Positions 24,761-29,161 of a stretch of DNA of 29,161 nucleotides are shown piece after piece. The stretch is from a virus (Duplodnaviria > Caudoviricetes): positions 1 through 29,161 of the IMG/VR virus record IMGVR_UViG_3300049164_000050, one strand, 5' to 3'. Position 1 is the first letter of the stretch, and each line of letters starts with the position of its first letter. Position numbers and translations under genes: made by a program. The notes beneath the pieces are model-generated. The model had not been told where the DNA came from. It made no database searches and saw nothing but the letters and a program-made list of their open reading frames with translations.

Positions 24761-26713
24761 TTACTCCGTTGCGTAGTCGAGACGGCACTTGCAGTTCGCG
24801 GTTTCCTTGGCCTCGCCCTTGCCGTCGCCGGGCCACCGGAGGCCGTTGCTGAACACGTCGTCGAGGCTCACGGCCTCGCCGTCCTGTGCCCGATGCGACG
24901 GCCGCGGATTCGCCCCGCCCGTCCGCCAGATCTTCTTCGTCACCCCGGACACACCGGCCGCATCGTGGGATCCGAAACCGCGGGCCTCCGTCGCCGCCGT
25001 CGACGCGCGCACCTGGGCAGCCACCGCCCACAGCCCGGCCGCATGCTCCAGCCCGGCTCGCCAGTCCTCGCCCGGATCCTCCTGAACGGCCTCAACAGCC
25101 TCGCGGCCAGCCTGCTCGTGCTGGGCGGCGTGCGTCTCCGCCGCGGCCAGCAGCCACGGCAGCATGACCTCCGGATCCCAGCCCGCGGCCTCCGGGTTGA
25201 ACGAGTCCAGCACACCCCACGCCGACAGCTGAGCGATGCGGTAGCCGTGCTCGGCCAGCAGCGCCTGCAGCTCCGCCAGCCGGTCCGCGGCGCCCTCGTC
25301 CCACCATGCCAGCAGATCCGGCACACCGTCCGCCTTGGCGCCCGCTCGGGAGGCCAAGCGCGCCGACTGCCGGTTCGTCCACCGCTCCAGTGCGGCCGTG
25401 AACGCCTCAAGCTCCTCGTCGAAGTCGCCGAGGTCGTCCGGCCTGCTCACCCCGGCCGCCTTCATCAACACCAGGCGGCCCCGCCCTTTTGGGAGTGCTG
25501 GCGCCTCCGGAGCCGAATCCGTCGGGGACGACTGCCCGCCCACCAGCACGTTCATCGGGGTGATGAGGTCGTTGCCGCCGTCGATCTGCGGCAGATTCAT
25601 GCGTGCCCGAGCCTCGTTGCGGGTCAGCCACGGGGCACCGACCGCGGTCTGCAGCTGCTGCGCCTGCTCCTCGAAGGAGCCGCGGAGCTTCTCCTGCAGG
25701 TTGAACTCGACGTACACATCGTCCGAGTCCGGCAGATCCGGGATCAGCTGAAGACCGATCTCCTCCTGGATCATCTGCAGCCACGGGCCGAGGGTGTCCT
25801 GGTAGAGCTGCTGATGCTGCTCTTTGATGTTGGAGAACGTGGCGTTGTCGAGAATCCCGACCATGGGCAGCGGAATGTGATAGGCCGCCGCTACCTCTTC
25901 CCGGGTGAGCTTGCGGGCCTCGATGTACTGGGCCTTCGCCGGGTCGATGGCGAGCTGCTCATACTCCATGCCGTCCTCAAGGATCGGCGTGCCCTGGCCG
26001 CTCTCTGTGTAGCCACGCCACCCTGCACGGAATCGGGCCTTCGCCTCAGGCGCCCACGCAGGCGCATCCGCGGGCCGCTTCAGCACACCGGAAAGCCGGC
26101 CACCGTTGCGCCACATCTGCTCACGGGCCCGGTTCGCCTCGAACTCCTCCGCCAGCAGACTGCGAAGCGAGTCGATCGGCGGAGATCCGAACCGCAGATC
26201 CACCGGGTCATAGCCGTGGAAGTGCACCACCTGATCCGGCGTGAGCTCCAGATCGCCCTTCGAGCCGTGGACCTTGAACATCTCCGGCTGCAGCCAGTTG
26301 TCGCCCTCCACCGTCATCCGCGACGGCGGGATGGGGATCACACCGATCACGCCGCCGCCCTCGACGCGGACCTTCACCCAGTACGCCGTGTCGTAGATCG
26401 CGATGTCCGACACCAGACGCTCAATCAGCCGGTATCGCGTCAACTGGGCGCCCGGAGCCGCGAGAATCCGCGGCAGCGGATGATCCGTCAGGCGCTCCCT
26501 GTCCGTGTCCGACACCCGGCGGAAGGTGTGCAGCCCCAGCTGGGCGATGTTTCGCGCCAGGAAGGACACCACCGTGCGGATCTGCGGCTGGCACCGGTAC
26601 AGGTGCGCGTACTCGCGGTAGATCCCGTCCGCCAACTGCACGTAAGCCGCAGGCGCGGCCAGCGGAGCGATCGACACCGCCGACAACTGCCCCTGGGAGA
26701 CGACGAACGCCAC
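24761..26713 (-). CDS. Portal protein (HK97 family) fused to a MuF-like domain
   Basis: Portal motifs (VVHFH, GSPP, ILEDGMEY, TFSNIKEQ, TRNEAR) in the first ~390 aa; C-terminal KKIW...RPSH...DGE...F.NGLRWPGD...NCKC MuF signature. Confidence 0.92.
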   Translation of the reverse strand: MAFVVSQGQLSAVSIAPLAAPAAYVQLADGIYREYAHLYRCQPQIRTVVSFLARNIAQLGLHTFRRVSDTDRERLTDHPLPRILAAPGAQLTRYRLIERLVSDIAIYDTAYWVKVRVEGGGVIGVIPIPPSRMTVEGDNWLQPEMFKVHGSKGDLELTPDQVVHFHGYDPVDLRFGSPPIDSLRSLLAEEFEANRAREQMWRNGGRLSGVLKRPADAPAWAPEAKARFRAGWRGYTESGQGTPILEDGMEYEQLAIDPAKAQYIEARKLTREEVAAAYHIPLPMVGILDNATFSNIKEQHQQLYQDTLGPWLQMIQEEIGLQLIPDLPDSDDVYVEFNLQEKLRGSFEEQAQQLQTAVGAPWLTRNEARARMNLPQIDGGNDLITPMNVLVGGQSSPTDSAPEAPALPKGRGRLVLMKAAGVSRPDDLGDFDEELEAFTAALERWTNRQSARLASRAGAKADGVPDLLAWWDEGAADRLAELQALLAEHGYRIAQLSAWGVLDSFNPEAAGWDPEVMLPWLLAAAETHAAQHEQAGREAVEAVQEDPGEDWRAGLEHAAGLWAVAAQVRASTAATEARGFGSHDAAGVSGVTKKIWRTGGANPRPSHRAQDGEAVSLDDVFSNGLRWPGDGKGEAKETANCKCRLDYATE

Positions 26714-26714
26714 G

Positions 26715-26939
26715 TCAGCCTCCCGTCACGGCCTGAATGAACTCGACCCTCGACCGCTCGACGATGACCTCGCCGTCCATCGGCGTATCCGCCGCCCCGT
26801 GCTGCATCAACGTCACGTCCCGCAGCACCAGCAGCGGGCCCCTCTTCGCCCACAGCACCCCGGCGAACGCCTTGTCGGCGAGGTTCACCACCACCCGCTT
26901 GCGCACTGCCGTTCGACGCCACGGAAACCAGCCCCACAC
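26715..26939 (-). CDS. Small protein with Sm/LSm-like sequence pattern (74 aa)
   Basis: GAGGGGG RBS 8 nt before GTG 26939; fills the terL-portal gap; KRVVVNL..KAFAGVL.....LVLRD and GEVIVERSRVEFIQ. Confidence 0.75.
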   Translation of the reverse strand: MWGWFPWRRTAVRKRVVVNLADKAFAGVLWAKRGPLLVLRDVTLMQHGAADTPMDGEVIVERSRVEFIQAVTGG

Positions 26940-26952
26940 GACGGCCACCCCC

Positions 26953-28704
26953 TCACACGACCTCCAGGCCGCCGTCCTCATAAGCGCTCCTGGCCGGCAC
27001 TTCACGCGCCATGGCCTCTGAGAGCGCGGTCGCCGTCGCTGACACTGCGTCGATCTTCTCGGCGCTCGTCTTCTTGTCCGGCTTGACATTGCCGCTGGGA
27101 TCCATCGCGACGGACAGGTTGTCCACCTGCCACGTGACCGCGGCATTCCCGCCGTGCCGGAACAGTGGCCTCTCAGCCGTTCCCGCCAGCAGCAGGCGCT
27201 GCATCTCCTTCATCGGAGGCGACAAGGTGGCGAAACCCTGCCTCACCTTGACCATCGGAGCGCCCGCGGCCATCAGGTCATTGGTCAACTGCGTTGCGTT
27301 CCACGGGTCGAAGCCGATGCTCTGGACGTCGAAGACATCCATGTCCCGCTCGACGGCGGCCTGGATGTAGTCGTAGTCCGCGACGTTGCCCGGAGTCGGA
27401 ATGAGCAGGCCCTCGCGGACCCACACCTCGGACTCCTTGGCGGTCCGCTTGGCCAGCTCGTCGAGGTTCGCCTCCGGCGTCCATATCCGGTACAGCGCGT
27501 CGTAACCGCCGAGCTCGTCGTCCGGGAAGAGCCAGCACAGCACCAACAGGTCCGAGGTGGACGCCAGGTCGATACCGCCGTAGGCCGCCCGGCCGCGAAG
27601 CGCCTCTTCGCGGATCATGGAGGCGTTGCGATTCCACGACTCCAGCGTGATGAACTTCGTCTCCTGCTTGGTCCGCAGCCCCAGGTGCAGGCGCTGGAAC
27701 TTCGCCAGATCTGCCGGGCTCTGCTTGGCCTCCCGGGACGCCTTCGCCAGGTACGAGCGCGTCGGACTGATCCCGTAGCCCGGGTTCGCCTTCCGCCACG
27801 TCTCCTCGACGTGCGGATCGTCCGTCTTCTCGGCCGCCCACACCACGCCGTACACCGACGGGTCCGACAGCACGCCCCGGGCGAGCTGCTCGATCCGGTG
27901 ACGCTTGCGGGCGTAGATCGTGCCCTGCTTCCCGGAGTCAGCCGTCGTGATGATGCACACCAGCGGCTGGCGCCTCGAGCCGGTCCCCGTTTCCAGGGTT
28001 TCCACCAGCTCAGGGTCCTTATGAATGTGAAGCTCATCGATCACAGTTCCGTGAAGGTTCGCCCCGTGCTGGGCATCCGCCACAGCGGCGATCACCTCGA
28101 AGTAGCTGTGCGACTTCGGGTGAACGATCTTCTTCTTGTACGCCTTGACGTGCTTCTTCAGGGCCGGCGCCCGCTCCGCCAGTTGCTTCACCGGCTGGAA
28201 GACGAAACCTGCCTGCCGCTCCGTCGTCGCCGCAGCCACCACCTGGGCGCCCGGCTCACCATCCCCGCACGTCAGATAGATCGCGATGCCGCCGCACAGC
28301 GTGCTCTTGCCATTCTTCCGCGGCACGTCGACATACAGCTCACGGACAATCCGGACGTAGCAGTCGGCGTCCTCATCCCACACGACCCATCCGAATACGG
28401 GGGCCAGGATGTAGGCCACCTGCCATGGATCGGGCCGGAGCGGCTGCCCAGCCCACTGGCCCTGCGTATGCCGCAGCAGCGAGAAGGACTTGATGACCCG
28501 GTCCACACGATCCGGATCGAACGCCGCGCCAGGTACATCCCGCGGTTCAGGCGTCCGGATCAGAGGCGGACAGTCCGGAAGCGGAATACCGCGCTCGGTC
28601 AGATACCAAGCAACCTCTGGCGAGATCTTCAGGCGCTCCAACTCGGAGTCGTCCAGGAAGGCCCTCGGCGCCTTACGCGAACGGGTTGTCGTCCTCGCCG
28701 CCAT
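26953..28704 (-). CDS. terL: Terminase large subunit
   Basis: PWQ, Walker A VPRKNGKST, Walker B VIDELH, ITTA, nuclease GIDLAS and KIDA motifs. Confidence 0.97.
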   Translation of the reverse strand: MAARTTTRSRKAPRAFLDDSELERLKISPEVAWYLTERGIPLPDCPPLIRTPEPRDVPGAAFDPDRVDRVIKSFSLLRHTQGQWAGQPLRPDPWQVAYILAPVFGWVVWDEDADCYVRIVRELYVDVPRKNGKSTLCGGIAIYLTCGDGEPGAQVVAAATTERQAGFVFQPVKQLAERAPALKKHVKAYKKKIVHPKSHSYFEVIAAVADAQHGANLHGTVIDELHIHKDPELVETLETGTGSRRQPLVCIITTADSGKQGTIYARKRHRIEQLARGVLSDPSVYGVVWAAEKTDDPHVEETWRKANPGYGISPTRSYLAKASREAKQSPADLAKFQRLHLGLRTKQETKFITLESWNRNASMIREEALRGRAAYGGIDLASTSDLLVLCWLFPDDELGGYDALYRIWTPEANLDELAKRTAKESEVWVREGLLIPTPGNVADYDYIQAAVERDMDVFDVQSIGFDPWNATQLTNDLMAAGAPMVKVRQGFATLSPPMKEMQRLLLAGTAERPLFRHGGNAAVTWQVDNLSVAMDPSGNVKPDKKTSAEKIDAVSATATALSEAMAREVPARSAYEDGGLEVV

Positions 28705-29128
28705 CGTCGGCCCCCCTCGCCAGGGCCTGCTCGGTCGAGGGCGTCAGTCCGAAATGCCCGGCCCAGCTCCTCATCTCCCGGCCAGCTGCACGAGCGATGC
28801 CGACGCACGGATGCGCCAGCTTGCCCTGCCTCGCCTCGATAACCAGGCCCTCTTCCTGCACAGTGCGCGTCGCCTCGACGAACGTGGCCCAAGCCTCGCA
28901 GTACGCCGAAAGTGCCGCCCGGTCCTCCGGCTTCAGCAAGTCCAGCCGCGACAGGCCGGGAGCCACCCGCTTCCACTCAGCCGCAGCCTCACGCGAAAGC
29001 CACGACGGCGGGTTCGGCGGCACCCGCTTGAAGGCAGGCCCCGGGTTTACCTCGCGGCCCCCAGAGTCACGCCCGGCACGCTGCCCCTTGATCAGTTTCA
29101 GCGCGGCGGGCTGCGCGGTCCTCCCCAT
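28673..29128 (-). CDS. terS: Terminase small subunit, P27 family
   Basis: PPSWLSREAAAEWKRV, D...LSAYCEAW, HP and FGLTPS motifs; overlaps the terL start. Confidence 0.93.
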   Translation of the reverse strand: MGRTAQPAALKLIKGQRAGRDSGGREVNPGPAFKRVPPNPPSWLSREAAAEWKRVAPGLSRLDLLKPEDRAALSAYCEAWATFVEATRTVQEEGLVIEARQGKLAHPCVGIARAAGREMRSWAGHFGLTPSTEQALARGADDGGEDDNPFA

Positions 29129-29161
29129 GACAGACCCCCCGTCCCCGATTCTGAGTGCGCG

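Larger units (their letters stand above)
1..29161. mobile_element. Part of an HK97-type temperate siphophage/prophage (late operon plus accessory arm), probably of Streptomyces
   Basis: Continuous terminase-portal-protease-capsid-neck-tail-lysis gene order on the minus strand with overlapping start/stop codons. No integrase or replication genes in the window. Confidence 0.95.

Noticed and set aside
14928-28842. Long plus-strand ORFs (e.g. 14928-16517, 18899-21013, 24893-26740, 27154-28842)
   Set aside because: Antisense shadows of high-GC3 phage genes, with no recognisable motifs.
5331-29128. bldA-dependent TTA codons in late genes
   Set aside because: The TAA triplets I checked by eye on the plus strand were out of frame or marked other codons. 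None was an in-frame TTA, although the scan was manual and may be incomplete.
29129-29161. cos packaging site upstream of terS
   Set aside because: Expected nearby for a P27/HK97-type terminase, and the G-rich tract is suggestive, but only 33 bp are visible, so it cannot be called.

Overview
High-GC actinobacterial DNA, most likely Streptomyces (judged from the gene families). It holds the right-to-left late operon of an HK97-type temperate siphophage or prophage on the minus strand (about 5331-29128). Gene order: terS, terL, a small Sm-fold-like gene, portal-MuF fusion, prohead protease, major capsid, head/neck genes, major tail protein (MTP), an extra gene, frameshifted tail chaperones, tape measure with NlpC/P60, tail-tip genes, beta-helix tailspike, amidase endolysin, holin, a second membrane protein and a membrane-anchored collagen-like protein. 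A ~5 kb accessory arm follows (1-5300): a serine resolvase with a res-like site, small Streptomyces-type hypothetical genes, a DNA-binding-domain-only LexA divergent from a DUF6233 gene across an SOS-like box, two GntR regulators with candidate operators, and possible integrase arm-type repeats at the left edge. The most unusual signal is a complementarity network around the MTP gene. A 12-bp hairpin 3 nt after the MTP stop has an 18-nt loop that is antisense to five copies of GAACCGCGA. Those copies sit in the MTP leader and on the ribosome-binding/start regions of the next two genes, which suggests an RNA-pairing switch for tail-protein stoichiometry. All family assignments come from motif recognition and synteny; no database searches were run.
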